DNA from: a bacterium
GTDB lineage: Bacteria; Bacillota_I; Bacilli_A; RF39; UBA660
NCBI GenBank assembly: GCA_963659735.1
Contig: CAVKUP010000002.1
Coordinates: 1-55,140, forward strand
DNA length: 55,140 bases
Reading direction: 5' to 3'
Below are positions 55,109 to 55,140 of this stretch, one piece after another. A model generated the notes under the pieces. The model saw only the letters and a list, made by a program, of their open reading frames with translations, did not search any database and was not told the DNA's origin. A program made the position numbers and the translations under genes. Numbering within the stretch: position 1 is the stretch's first letter; the number at the start of each line of letters is the position of its first letter.

Positions 55109-55140
55109 TTAAATTATCTTTATTACTAAGTAAAATCTAG

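Noticed and set aside
1-55140. Looked for mobile-element hallmarks (transposase, integrase, phage genes, long direct repeats flanking islands) and for rRNA genes.
   Set aside because: None of the translated ORFs shows recombinase, transposase or phage motifs. The only long-range repeat is the 125-bp paralog block.

Overview
The window is a very AT-rich chromosomal segment of a low-GC, spore-forming Firmicute. The family cannot be assigned without a database search. All identifications come from motifs read in the supplied translations. No homology search, RNA covariance search or folding calculation was run.

Gene content: About 85% of genes are on the minus strand.
- Housekeeping: dinB, miaA, queA, ruvAB, obg, sodA, ftsK, tsf, rpsB, dxs, murE, mutS, rnc, yebC, rsgA and two tRNAs.
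- Sporulation: a spoVID-like/ysxE-like pair, spoVAC-spoVAD-spoVAE, a SigF/SigG-like sigma factor, ylbJ and ylmC/ymxH.
- Accessory: cadC-cadA metal efflux, TetR plus oleate hydratase, and a MacB-type ABC pair.

Main candidate system: The least explained content is a dispersed type IV pilus / Com-like set.
- Three ORFs have canonical prepilin leaders (17260-17655, 40250-40693, 40960-42423).
- One ORF is pilin-like and carries leucine-rich repeats (7494-7961).
- One GspE/PilB/ComGA-type ATPase (42522-43847) has no platform protein or prepilin peptidase next to it.
- The 487-aa prepilin carries a ~270-aa Cys-rich C-terminal domain. This domain recurs in a non-pilin membrane-anchored paralog (30614-31702), and the two genes share a perfectly identical 125-bp block.

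Associated non-coding oddities:
- A ~105-nt stretch of ~55% G+C with multiple hairpins lies behind a consensus promoter, between the two pilin genes.
- A perfect 15-bp inverted repeat brackets 144 bp directly upstream of the paralog.

Other notable features:
- A sortase-type surface-protein pair. One is a thioester-domain adhesin with a VPNTA signal. The other is an LPQTG protein with eleven 39-bp repeats and a ~60-aa tail beyond the sorting signal.
- A cytoplasmic transglutaminase-fold protein.
- Ribosomal protein S2 with a Rho_N-like C-terminal extension.
- A lysine-rich insertion in a YfcC-type transporter.
- A patch of decayed small ORFs around rsgA.

No CRISPR array, transposase, integrase or rRNA was seen.
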